Below, in pieces: positions 24,443 through 37,249 of a stretch of DNA of 64,000 nt (position 1 is the stretch's first letter; every line of letters starts with the position of its first letter). The position numbers were made by a program, and so were the translations under genes. The stretch is from Prorocentrum cordatum. Taxonomy: Eukaryota. The notes beneath the pieces were generated by a model. It was given only the letters and a program-made list of their open reading frames with translations. It was not told where the DNA came from and searched no databases. The DNA lies in contig CAUYUJ010000250.1 of the NCBI GenBank assembly GCA_963575745.1, positions 1 to 64,000 on the forward strand, written 5' to 3'.

Positions 24443-24830
24443 AAAAACAAAGGGACCAGTTGTTTTGTGTGTGTGTGTTTTGGGTGGGGGTCGGCGGCGG
24501 AAAAAAAGGAATGCGACGTGGCCTCATCTGCCCTCCCCCCTAGAAGGATTCCTATTGAACGCCCCCACAAGAAGGACTCACAATGACATCCTCTACAGAA
24601 GGATTCCTATCGAAACCCTCCACTGAATGATTCCTACTGAAATCCTCCACAAATGGATTCTTATTGGAATCACCCGCAGAAGGATTGACATTGAGATGCG
24701 TCGAAAGAAAAAAAACCGTTGACATTGCATTGGCATTGGTTTGGCAATGGTTTGGCATCGCATTGGCATTGCGTTGGCATTGAGTTTGGCAGTGCGTTGC
24801 TCGTGCGCTTGCATTTCGCAAGCATTGCGC
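24443..24830 (+). repeat. ~390-bp direct repeat of 27203-27597; member of the ~30-bp gaaaccctccacagaaggattcc family
   Basis: Highly similar to 27203-27597. Confidence 0.9.
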
Positions 24831-25680
24831 CTCCTCCTCCTCTTTGTTTTCGCTCTCCCCCTTTAAAAATGATCCTGGCGAAGGACCCAACCAGATGCAG
24901 TTGCGAGTACCGCAATTGTGAGTATCTTCTTCGATGGCGCTCCTTCTTCGATGGCGCTCCCTATGGGGCCACGAACCGTATGAGGGGTGTGCCGGAACGT
25001 GGCGGGGTACACAACGCAAAGGAATACAATAGGTCTGATTACCAGAGAATGAACGCGGGTGAGTCAGAGCGCGAGTGAGTCTGAGTGTGAATGGGTCTGC
25101 GTGCGAGTGAGTATATTTGCATGAATGCGATCATGGCTACGCCTAGTGTAAATGAATACGAATGTGAATGGTTCGAGCACGCCTGTCCGAACACTCGTGA
25201 CACTGGGCGTGGCCGCCGCAGGCAGCCTCCGCAGGAACCCCGACGGCAGCGCCCGCACGCCGCGACACCCATGTCGGCACGCCCCTTGCGAGGATAGCGC
25301 CCGCTTTCGTCCCTTCTTTTCCTTTCTCTTTGCCCGCGCACTCCAAAAATCCAAGGCTGCGGGCGCAGCGCAGCGCGGAGTCCCCGCGACGCGCGCTGGT
25401 CGCCCCAGGGGGGTCCCCGCGACGCGCGCGGGTCGTCCGCTGCGCGGAGCAAAGAGAGCCGGCTAGCTAACTGGCTGGCTGATAGCGGGCAAGGCTCTGA
25501 CCGCTGGGCAGAGCGACGACGGGCGAACGAGGCGCCATGCAAAACGCAGCACGGAATTCCCGCGACGCGCGCTGGTCGCCCTGAGAGGATCCCAGCGACG
25601 CGCGCGGGTCGTCCGCGGCGCGAGGCCCAACAATTAGTCGGGAAGTCGAGAGAAGGCGCGGCTCGGGGCGAACGCTCCAC

Positions 25681-26156
<476 letters not shown>

Positions 26157-26157
<1 letters not shown>

Positions 26158-26880
26158 GCGGTGGGCGCATGGGAGCGCAGCCACGGGGGGACTTCGCTGG
26201 AGCTCCCTATGGGGCCACGAACGTGTGAGGGGTGTGCCGAAATCTGTGCGGTGGGCGCATGGGAGCGCAGCCACTGGGGCCTTCGCTGGAGCTCCCTATG
26301 GGGCCACGAAACGTGTGAGGGGTGTGCCGAAATCTGTGCGGTGGGCGCATGGGAGCGCAGCCACTGGGGCCTTCGCTGGAGCTCCCCATGGGACCACGAA
26401 ACGTGTGATGGGTGTGCCGAAATGGGTGCGGTGGGCGCATGGGAGCGCAGCCACTGGGGCCTTCGCTGGAGCTCCCTATGGGGCCACGAAACGTGTGAGG
26501 GGTGTGCCGAAATGGGTGCGGTGGGCGCATGGGAGCGCAGCCACTGGGGCCTTCGGTGGAGCTCCCTATGGGGCCACGAAACGTGTGAGGGGTGTGCCGA
26601 AATCTGTGCGGTGGGCGCATGGGAGCGCAGCCACTGGGGCCTTCGCTGGAGCTCCCTATGGGGCCACGAAACGTGTGAGGGGTGTGCCGAAATGGGTGCG
26701 GTGGGCGCATGGGAGCGCAGCCACTGGGGCCTTCGCTGGAGCTCCCTATGGGGCCACGAAACGTGTGAGGGGTGTGCCGAAATGGGTGCGGTGGGCGCGT
26801 GGGAGCGCAACCACCGGGGCCTTCGGTGGAGCTCCCTATGGGGCCACGAAACGTGTGAGGGGTGTGCCGAAGTGGGTGTG
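26157..26880 (+). repeat. 60-bp tandem repeat, ~12 copies
   Basis: gtgggcgcatgggagcgcagccactggggccttcgctggagctccctatggggccacgaaacgtgtgaggggtgtgccgaaat... The repeating unit is visible in register every two sequence lines; the full unit is about 90 bp, giving about 8 copies. A single related copy lies at 24955-25000. Confidence 0.85.
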
Positions 26881-27080
26881 GCTGACGCATGCGGGCGGTG
26901 GCACTGAGCCACTGGGGCCGCGAAACGTGTGACGGGTGATGATGGCGATGATGATGATGGTGGTGATGATGACGTCGATGATGTCGATTATGATGATGAT
27001 GGTGATACCGAAACGGTTGCACACGTTTCGTGGCCCCATGATGATGATGACGATGATGATGGTGATAATGACGATGATGC

Positions 27081-27111
<31 letters not shown>

Positions 27112-27299
27112 GATGGCAGGAGGGAAGGGGCAGCGGGAGGAGGAGTGAACGCGGGGCGCTGTCTCTTCAAAACGAGGACCCAACACCACAGGATGGTTGG
27201 GAAAAAAACAAAGAACCAGTTGTGTTGTGTTGTTGTTTTTGTTTTTTGAGGGTGGTCGGTGGCAAAGAAAAGGAATGCAACGTGGCCTCATCTGCCAAC

Positions 27300-29985
27300 C
27301 CCCTAGAAGGATTCCTATTGAACGCCCCCACAAGAAGGACTCACAATGAAATCCTCTACAAAGGGATTCCGATCGAAACCCTCCACCGAATGATTCCTAC
27401 TGAAATCCTCCACAAATGGATTCCTAATGAAATCACCCGCAGAAGGATTGATATTGAGATGCTTCGAAAGAAAGAACCCCCCGTTGGCATTGCATTGGCA
27501 TTGGTTTGGCAATGGTTTGGCATCGCAGTGGCATTGCGTTGGCATTGCGCTTGGCAGTGCGTTGCTAGCGTGCTTGCAGTTCGCAAGCATTGCGCTCGCG
27601 AGTCCTCATGACACCCTCCACAGAAGGACTCCGATCGAAACCTTCTACGAGAAGGACTCCTATTGAAACCCTCCACAGAAGCGATTCATATGGACACCCT
27701 CCGCAGAAGGATTCCACGCGAAACCCTCCACAGAAGGAGCCCAATTGAAATCTACCACAAAGGATTTCCCCCATTGGCAGTGCATTGGCATTGGGTTGGG
27801 ATCGCTTTGGCATGTGGCATTGCGTTGGCACTGCGTTGGCATTGCGCTGGCATTGCGCTGGCGAGTTCCAGCACCTCACTTCGCAGACTGATTCCTGTTG
27901 AACCCCCACAAGAAGGATTCCGATTGAAGCATCCCACAGGAAGGGTTCACATTGAACTCCCTCACGGAAGGATTCCATTCGAAACCCTCCATAGAAGGAT
28001 TGATGTTGAACCCGACCACAAACGATTCCCCCCATTGGCATTGCATTGACATTGAATTGGGATCGCTTTGGAATGTGTTTGGTATTGCGTTGGTATTGCG
28101 TCGGCATTGCGCTGGCGAGTTCGAATGGCTCCCCCCACAGAAGGATTCATATGAATTACCTCAGTGCGACCCTACCTGGAAGTTGGAGCCCCTAGGAAAG
28201 CAGCATTAGTTGCTATGATATGCTATTCTATGCCATGCTATGCTGAGCTGTGCTATGCTATGCTATGGTATGCTATGCTATGCTATGCTATGCTATGCTA
28301 TGCTATGCTATGCTGCGCTATGCTATGCTATGCTATGCTATGCTAAGCTAAGCTATGTCATGCTGCGCTGTGCTATGCTCAGCTATGCTATGTTATGCTA
28401 TGCTAAGCCGCGTTATGCTATGCTATGCTCTGCTGCGCTGTGCTGTGATGTGTTGTGTTGCGCTATGCTATGCTATGCTATGCTATGCTGCGCTATGCTA
28501 TGCTATGCTATGCTATGCTATGCTATGATGGTCTACATATGCTATGATATGCTATGCTGCGCTCTGCTATGCTACGCTATGCTATGCTGTGCTCTGCTAT
28601 GCTAAAGCTCAGCGAAGCTAAGATGAAGGTAAGCGAAGCTAAGATAAACCTGAGCTAAGATGAAGCTAAGCTAAGCTAAGATGAAACAAGCTAAGCTAAG
28701 ATGAGATAAGCAACGCTGAGCTAAGGGGACGTAACTGGGGGAACCACGGGGCGGATACTGGGGGAACCGCCCGGGGCGAGTTGCACTGCCCGGCCCTTTA
28801 AGCATACTGGGTAAGAACCCTTCTAGGCAGAGCCTAGGTAGGGAAAAAACCCTTGCACAAGAAGGAATCCTTTTGAAAGCCCCCACATGCAGGATTCAAA
28901 GTGAAACCCACCACAGAAAGATTCCAATCGAAACCCTCCACGGGGGGAGTCCGATCGAAATCTTCGAAGAAGGATTCGTAGCCAAATCATCCACATAAGG
29001 ATTCCTAGTGAAATCTGTTGGAAGACTGGAATCCCGCCATCGGCATTGCATTGGCATTGGTTTGGCAACGGTTTGGCATCGCATTGGCATTGCGTTGGCA
29101 TTGCGATGGCAGTGCATTAGCAGTGCGTTGGCATTGCGTTGGCATTGCGCTGGCGAGTCCTACTCAAACACTTCACAGAAGGAGTCCTATTGAACACCCC
29201 CTTAAAAAGGATGCCTATAAATCCCCCCACAACAAGGATTCAAAAATTGAAATCATCAACAGAAGGGTTCCATGCGAAGCCCTCCATAGAAGGCTTCCTA
29301 TTGAAATCCCCCGAAGAAGGGTTCTTAGAAGGATTGCTATTGAAATCTACCACAAACAATTTCCCCCATTGGCATCGCATTGGCATTGGTTTCGCATTGA
29401 GTTGGCACTGCTTCGGCATTGCGCTGGCGAGTTCAAATGGCTCCCACCACAAAAGGATTCCTTACCTTCCACAAGAAGGCATCCTTTTGAAAGCCCCCCA
29501 CATAAGAGATTCATACTGAACCCCCCCACAGAAGGATTCCAATCGAAACCCTCCACAGGTAGAATTCCTTTTGGAACCTACCACAAAGGATACCCCCCGT
29601 TGGCATAGCATTAGCATTGAATTGGGATCGCCTTGGCATTGGTTTGGCATTGCGATGGCAAAGCTTTGGCAATGCGTTGGCATTGCGCTGGCGAGTCCTA
29701 ATGGCTCCCTCCGCAGACGGACTCCTACTGAAACCCTCCACAAGAACGATTCCGATTGAATCCTCCCACATGAAGGATTCCCAGTGAAACCCTCCACATG
29801 AAGGTCCCTATCGAAACCCTACACATAAGCATTGGTATTGAAATCCTCCGAAGAAGGAGTCGTGATGGCATCATGCACAAACTAGTCTTATTGAAATCCA
29901 CCAAACGAAAGGATTCCCCCATTGGCACTGCATTGGCATTGGGGTTGGTTGGGAATGGCTTTGTATCGCATCGGCATGCATTAGC
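27300..29985 (+). repeat. composite satellite: ~30-bp gaaaccctccacagaaggattcc units alternating with ggcattgcgtt blocks, interrupted by (ATGCT)n/(AAGCT)n at 28210-28725
   Basis: Read directly from the sequence. Confidence 0.9.
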
Positions 29986-31272
29986 CTGATGCAGGAGATA
30001 GCAAAGAGAGAGAGAGAGAGAGACACAGAGAGAGAGAGGGAGAGAGAACACTAGAGAACGATATAACGAGAAAATGTTAATATGAGGGGGTCACGGAGAA
30101 AAAGAAAAATGGCAAAAAAAACAATCCAAGTTTAAGGGTGAAAGAAATTTCTTTCGATAAAAACCGTATGAAAACGGCGAGAGGCTCCACGATCCCCCGG
30201 CCTCGAGAACCTCCTCCTCCTCCTTCTGTTGCCTCCTCCTCCTCCTCCTGCCTCCTCCTCCTCCTTCTGCTCCTCCTCCTCCTCCTCCTCCTTCTCCTCC
30301 TCCTCCTCTTTCTCAGGAACCGACATCCGTTCGTGTACGTAACTGCTGCATAATGCGACTTTGGCCGCATGCGTGGAGGACGCCTCAAGCGAGAGCCCCG
30401 TCTTCTTAAGGAGCTGCCACGCATCTGCGCAACTTGTGCACATCTTACGCTTCTGGCCATGTGTTCAAGGACGTCCCACGCGAGAGACTAATTCTGAGCC
30501 CTCCGTCTGTGTAGCTGCTGCACAGCTTTACACGTACAGTATGGTTGTATGATTCAAGGCGAGAGCCCCCGTTCAAAAAATAACCCTTCAAGTATTGAAT
30601 TCGTTCCGCCCTGATCATTGTTGGAGCCCTTGGTACTGTTGCACGACAATAAGGTTAGAGCCACCTGTTGAATACGAGTTGCCCTCCGTTTTTAATGCTA
30701 TTTTCTTGTTACCTATATATACATACAACGTGCTGGATATAGGTATGTGTTGAAACGTGCGAGACGCATGTGCGCGGCGCTAACGCGAAAGCCACATCTT
30801 GAAAACAACTCGCCCTCCATCCGCATGACCGTTATAAGATCTTAAGACGAACGTGAGCGCCGCTGAGACGAGAGGCACATCCTGGAAACCACTCGCCTTC
30901 CATCATTGCGACTGTTGGAAATTCAACTTCCAAAATCACACGAGCGGCGACGAATTCCCATGCAAAGCACCTGACCCATCCTACCGACACACCTGGCCGT
31001 ACAGAAGGGATGGAGGATGGAGGAACGGAAGGCGACGTCGTCGTCATCGTCCTCCTGCTCCTCCCCCTCCTGCTTCTTGTTCTTCTGTTTCTCCTGATTA
31101 TCCTTCTCCCCCTCCTCCTCCTCCTCTTCCTCCTCCTCCTGCTCTTCCCCCCCCCACCCCTGCCTCCCACTCTTCTCCCCCCCTCCCTCATCCCCCTTCC
31201 CTTCCTCCCCTCCTGGCGACCGAAGGCTTATCTTTATATAGACAGTTCATGCATGATACCAGATGTTTGTTG

Positions 31273-31762
31273 GGGCTATGGGGCTATAGGGCTATAGGGC
31301 TATGGGGCTAAAGGGCTATATGGGCTAAAGGGGTATAGGGCTATAGGGCTATTGGGCTATAGGACTATAGGGCTATAGGACTCTAGAGGTATAGGGCTAT
31401 AGGGCTATAGAGCTCTAGGGCTATAGGGCTGTAGAGCTCTAGAGCTAGAGGGCTCTAGGGCTCTAGGGCTATAGGGCCATACACCTATAGGGCTATAGGG
31501 CCATAGGGCTATTGGGCTATAAGGCTATATGGGCTATATGGGCTATGTGGGCTATTGGGCTATGGGGCTATAGGGCTCTAGAGCTATAAGGCTATAGGGC
31601 TTCGGGGCACCCCTGGGCACCTCCGGGCACCCCCGAGCACCCGGGCACCCTGGCACCCACGGGCACCCGGGCACCTGGGCACCCGGCCACCGGCTACCGA
31701 ATTCCTGGGGCACTGGGCACCCACGGGCACCTGGGCACCTGGGCACCTTGGCACCCGGCCAC
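31273..31762 (+). repeat. 9-bp satellites (gggctatag, then gggcacc..)
   Basis: Read directly from the sequence. Confidence 0.9.
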
Positions 31763-33529
31763 CAAAATTCTGCCGCGCAAATCCTAACCCTTTAGACACC
31801 GCTCGGACCCCTAAAAAGGCAAGCTCTGATTGGGGAATTGTCATTCAGACAAGATTGTCATGAAGTATGCCGGTCCTAACGAAAACGGGTCCTGGACGCT
31901 GGCGCCTTTCCCCAGGACCAGCTCCTCATCCCGAGTCGCTCTTTTTGATGGCCTCAGGGCCCAGGGAGGACCCCTGCAGGTCGAAAACGGCGAGAACACA
32001 TGTCGGAGCAGGGCGAGTTTAGACAACGGCAGTTCAAAATCTGTCGCCAGACCCCTCCTGGGTACAAACGTACAAGTTGTCCGACCTGCGTCCAGCCGTG
32101 GCGACGAGGGGGCACCCCGAAGGCCAACCACCACAGTCTCAACCCGCCCCCCTCTGATCATGAGGACCCGCTTCCCTCGGGGCCCACTCGCTTCATGGCG
32201 AGCTCTGCTTCCAGGCAGGAGCCAGCAGAGCAGGGGCTCCAGTGCCGGGCCTGTCCCTCCCGGCCGAGTGCGCGAGGCCGCGTGCTGCGACGGGCGCCAG
32301 AGCCCAGTCGACCCCCCCGCCGAGTCGCATCGGCCTCGGGGCGCGTCGCCGTCGTCATCGCCGCCGCCGTCCTCGCCCTCGTCCTCGTCCTTGTCGCTGT
32401 TCCCATCGTCGCCGCCGTCCTCGCCCTTGTCCTCGCCGTCGCCGTCGTGGTCGTCGTCGCCCTCGTCCCCGTCCTCTTTCTCGCCCTCGCCCTCGCCCTC
32501 GCCCTCGTCATCGCCCGAGTGGACGTCGCCGTCGGCCTTGTCGCCGTCGCCGCCGCCGCCGTCGCCTCGTCGTCCTCGTCCCCGGTGCCGTCGCCGACCT
32601 CGGGGTCGCGGTGCGCCGCGCGCCGCGCCGGCACGCAAGGCCTGGGCCAAAGAGGCCGCGGACTCGCTGCAGGGGCGAGGGAGGCGGGCACGGACCCAGA
32701 CAGAGGCGAGACGCTGAAAGCGGCAGGTGCGAGGAAGAAGAGGAGCCTCTGGGGCGCGCGAACGAGGTGGCCCCTCGAATGACCTGGCCGAGGCAACGAA
32801 AAAGATGAGAGAGAGAGAGACGTGCAGCGCGGACCGAAGGCGAGTGCAATAACCGCGCGGAACCGTGAAGAGAGGGCGACAGTGATGCTGAAGCACAAAG
32901 CAGAGGCCCATACGAAAATGAGGAGTAGGATAGGGAGGAAAAGGTAGAAGGACGTGGCCGAAAAGCAATAATATCAGCGCGGACCCCAAAAAAGGGCCAG
33001 GCCAGCACGCTGCATGCCGAACATGCAATACTGGGCTGGGCAAAGCAAGACGAAGGCAAATTAACTTGAAAAGCTCAAGGACGAGACAGCAGAAGTAGCG
33101 CATGTCAGCGCACAGCATGCCGCAAGCCAGGCCGCGGAGCGAATCAAGCATGGGTCGGGAAAGGAAGAGGAAGTACACGTGTTGCATACGCACCGCACTT
33201 GAATGTAGCTGAATGCATGCACATTTGTCGCTGTCATACTCGAGTGAGCATCAATGCGGGAGATGCCTTCTGCAATGCCAGTGTTGCCGGCGTCGACGGT
33301 GTAACAACTGAAATTGCCACTGGGAGTCTGTTAACTGGTAACACAGGCCGGAATGGTTGCAAAGGCGGGTTGGACTGTCAGACCGCCGGGAATACTCGGG
33401 TCGCCGCGCTTGCAAGAACAGGCGAGAAGACTGGACAATACCAAGGCCGAGCACGGCCCACGCATTGATCAAACAAAAGACTAGGATTGAGAATATCAGG
33501 GACGCAACCTCGGTGCTAGCACAGATGTA

Positions 33530-33694
33530 CACCCTGCGAAATGCTTAAGAAATCATGGGTTAAGAAATTCATAGTCTCAGAACTTGAATAAAAACCCAAC
33601 ATTCCCATTAAAATCTTGAGATTTACATTGAAACGTTAAGAATAATCGAGACTCTGGCCGAAAACTTAAGGTTTCTTAAGCATCGCCTAAGGTG
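33530..33694. mobile_element. AT-rich MITE with TA TSD
   Basis: TIR cacc...atgcttaagaaa matching 18/23; TA at 33528-29 and 33695-96. Confidence 0.65.
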
Positions 33695-34127
33695 TAGTCA
33701 GATGCCCCTTGGTCGACACTCCAAGAGATGCGCCTTGCGTATCCCTGGTGGGCAAACGGAACAGCCAGAATCCCTCCAAAGCGGTCCGGGGCCCCTCCCC
33801 GCCCGCCCAGAAGTCTGGGAGGAGGAGGAGGAGGAGGAGGAGGAGGAGCAGGAGGAGGAGGAGGCCCGCGCGCCTATCCAAAACCTCCGACGTCAGCGTG
33901 GTTTTTTCACAACATGGACCCCCAGAGGCCCTCCCTGAGACCGACCTTTCGTCTGGAGACGTTGTTCGACAGTCCCAGGGCCCAGCCAGGGTCTCCATAG
34001 GCCAAGACTAGCGAAGAACCTTCCATTGTTCCTTTTTCACGACGCGACAGGACAGGACAGGACAGGATGCGCCCCCTCGGCCTGGAGGCCGGCCCGAGAC
34101 GGGCGGCGCAGAGGCGCCTCGGCGCCT

Positions 34128-34300
34128 TCAGTTCTTGAAATGCTCGGTAGTCTCCAGCCAGCGCTTGAATTGCCCACCCAGCCGCCGAACGCGGTGCTCA
34201 GGATCCCAAGTGAAAGCAGCGTGCGCCCAAGATTCGCTTTCCGCACGCATGCGCTCAAGCCAATGAGCTGCCAGTCTGCGGTGTGCGTTTTCACGACGCG
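34128..34300 (-). mobile_element. short LINE 3'-end fragment
   Basis: HWLERMRAESESWAHAAFTWDPEHRVRRLGGQFKRW parallels the C-terminus of the LINE at 34975-35110. Confidence 0.6.
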
Positions 34301-34768
34301 AGGATGCGGGGGCTCCTGGGCGAGCGCGCGTCGGTGCCACCAGGCCTGCTCCCAGCACCATCAGCCCGCCTGAGATTCACTCATGAAATCGGTCACCCCT
34401 CCCCCTGTCCATCCTGGCCGGCTCCTCCCCCCAGGTGGACCCCTGACGGCCCCAAGGCCTGCAGGGGGGCCCCCGAGTGCGAGATCGAGGAAAGAAATCG
34501 CCAGAGCTATTTTGTTGATTGGCGATCGACGACGGCGACGGCGACGATGGCGACGACGACGACAACGACAACGACAACGACGACGATTATGAAGACGATG
34601 ACGGCTGCCGTCTGGCGAGTACGAGTTCGACGATGATGACGACGACGATGACGATCACGATGCCAAGTGACGACGACGACGATGATGCTGCTGATGCTGA
34701 TGCTGCTGATGATGGTACTGCTGGTGACGATATTGGTGCTGCTGCGGATGCTGATGATGATGATGGTA

Positions 34769-34803
<35 letters not shown>

Positions 34804-34974
34804 AATGATGATGATGATGATGATGAAGATGATGATGATGATGCTGATGATGATGATGCTGATGATGATGATGCGAGCGAGCGAGCGCGCAACCGTCGGA
34901 TCCAGGGATCCAGCCATGGGCAGGGCGGCGCGGTAGGGCCTCAGCCCTAGAACCTCAGCACAAGTAGTTCTCGA

Positions 34975-35710
34975 CGTAATCCTGCCACTTTTCTTTTGAC
35001 CACCGGGGCGTCGTCGGTTGCGCGGTTCAGATGGGGACCACTGCAATGCCCAATGAGCCCACGAGCTTCCTGGACGCTGTAGTCGGTGCAACCAATTGCA
35101 TGCTGAAGATCGATGCGCGGTAACCCAATCGGATATATGCAGACGCTGTAAGTGTTGCTCTGCGTTGTGAGTCGCCCGTCGCACCCAATCAACCCAGGGC
35201 CCCAAAGAAACTTCAGCACTGCAAGGGCTGCCGCCGCTCGAGGAACTGCTTGTCGTGCTTGTATTGCTGGATGCATCATGGCTCTTGTCTGCGTTCACCT
35301 TCCTCCTTGGCGTGTGAATCATCAGTCGGAGCATGCGTCTTTGAGTTCGTCGTATTTTGTCCTCGAGAGGTCTGGTCAGACACCATGTCTCGCATCCATA
35401 CAACATCGTCGCAGATACTGTGCTTTCAAAGAGGCGGAGACGGGAATTGATAGAATATTGCTTACCCGTGAGCCCTGTCCTGTGAACATGAAACTTTTTC
35501 CATGCTGTCGAAATTCTGTGGTCAATCTCTGTCTCGTGCGCGTCGTGGAAAGAAATCTGTCGCCCTAGATACTTCCATGCCCCTGACAGCGGAACAATCT
35601 CGATGTCCATGTCATCAATACTCATAGAAGTTGCCTTTGGTCTCCCTGTGCGTAAAGTCGCGTTGCTCAGGATATTCGTCTTGTCTGGGTGGAGCTCCAA
35701 ACCCCTCTCT
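34975..35710 (-). mobile_element. 5'-truncated non-LTR retrotransposon (RTE-like LINE): RT C-terminus and thumb
   Basis: GLELHPDKTNIL...KYLGRQI...EIDHRISTAWKKF...RLRLFESTVSATMLYGCETW...RRTQRRMLRLMI...WAHWALQWSP...RRPGG. Confidence 0.9.
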
Positions 35711-36476
35711 CGAGATGCTGATGATGATGCTGATGGTGATGATGATGATGGTGATGATGATGGTGGTGATGCTGGATCTCGTCTTGTCCTGGTGGTGATG
35801 ATGATGATGATGATGATGATGATAATGGTGATGATGATGATGGTGGTAATGATGATGCTGATGATGATGCTGATGATGATGACGACAGCAAACGTGGACA
35901 ACGATGATGATCACGATGACGGTTGCCCCCTGGCCAGACGCGGGGCACGCGCACGCGCCTCGCTCGTTTCGCCGCCGCCCACCGCAAGGCGGCGGCGCGT
36001 CCTCTGCGGGTGGATGGGCGCACCGGGGGGGAAGGGGAGGGAGGAAGGCGAGGAGGGGAGAGAAGGCGGCTCAGACGTGCCCGCGCCGAGGAAAACCATG
36101 GCGGGAGATTTGTTGGCCGTTTTCGGTCTTCGGGGGCGCTCGCCGGGATGCAAGCCTGGCCTTGGGGAAAGGGTCGGGACTGCAGACCTCGATACGGCCA
36201 TGGGGCCGAGGAGGAGGAGGAGGAGGAGGAGGAGGAGGAGGAGGATGGAGGAATAGGAGGAGGAAGAGGAGGAGGAGGAGGAGGAGAAGGAGCAGGAGGA
36301 GCAGGAGGAGCAGGAGGAGCATGGCCAGGGGGCCGAGAAGGGCCGAGATGCGCACGAGGAGGTCGCCAAGTGCCCGGCGGTTTCTGCTGCGCCCCAGCTC
36401 GCGACGGATTTTCCGCTGTTCACCTGAATGCGTCCGGGCGTCTCTGAGCCTACAGGGCAGTTCTATACGACTTTTG

Positions 36477-36632
<156 letters not shown>

Positions 36633-36779
36633 ACATGATTAGTTTATGAATAAATGTATGCATGATCTCCTCGTTGTTTGTAATACCAAATCCCTGCATT
36701 TGTAATACATTATCCGCACGCGGAGCATGCATTGAAAACGGCACTGTCTGTACCCCAGCTTGCGTGGGCCTGCATCGAA

Positions 36780-36812
<33 letters not shown>

Positions 36813-37249
36813 ACACACAATTGGATGAATCCCCGCCAGCCGATTGGAAGGGAATCGACGAGCCTGAAGGGCAGGAGGGGGAGGAACGGAAAGGAGCGTC
36901 AAGGCAAACAGGATATAGGAAAAGAGCAGCTTGGCGCTGCGTTGTCCAGAACCCCCCCCCGTGGTCGCGGCCTCCCTCTTATCCTGCCAAACTGCTCCTG
37001 AACACGTGTCCCTGGTTCCCCCCTCCTTCCTCGCTGGACACCAAAGCTGTCTTCAGTTGTCCTTTTCCCTCGCCCTCATCCTTCCTTTCCCGCCCCCTTC
37101 CCCCAACCTCATGTTTTCCATCCCGTTGCCCGCTCATATCGTGACATCCCTTCTGGCGCCGCGCCCCGTATAATAATACGACGTCATCACCCACGGGGCG
37201 CCCCCCTCTCCCATCATCTCCATTTCTCCTTCTTGTTCCCCCACACCTC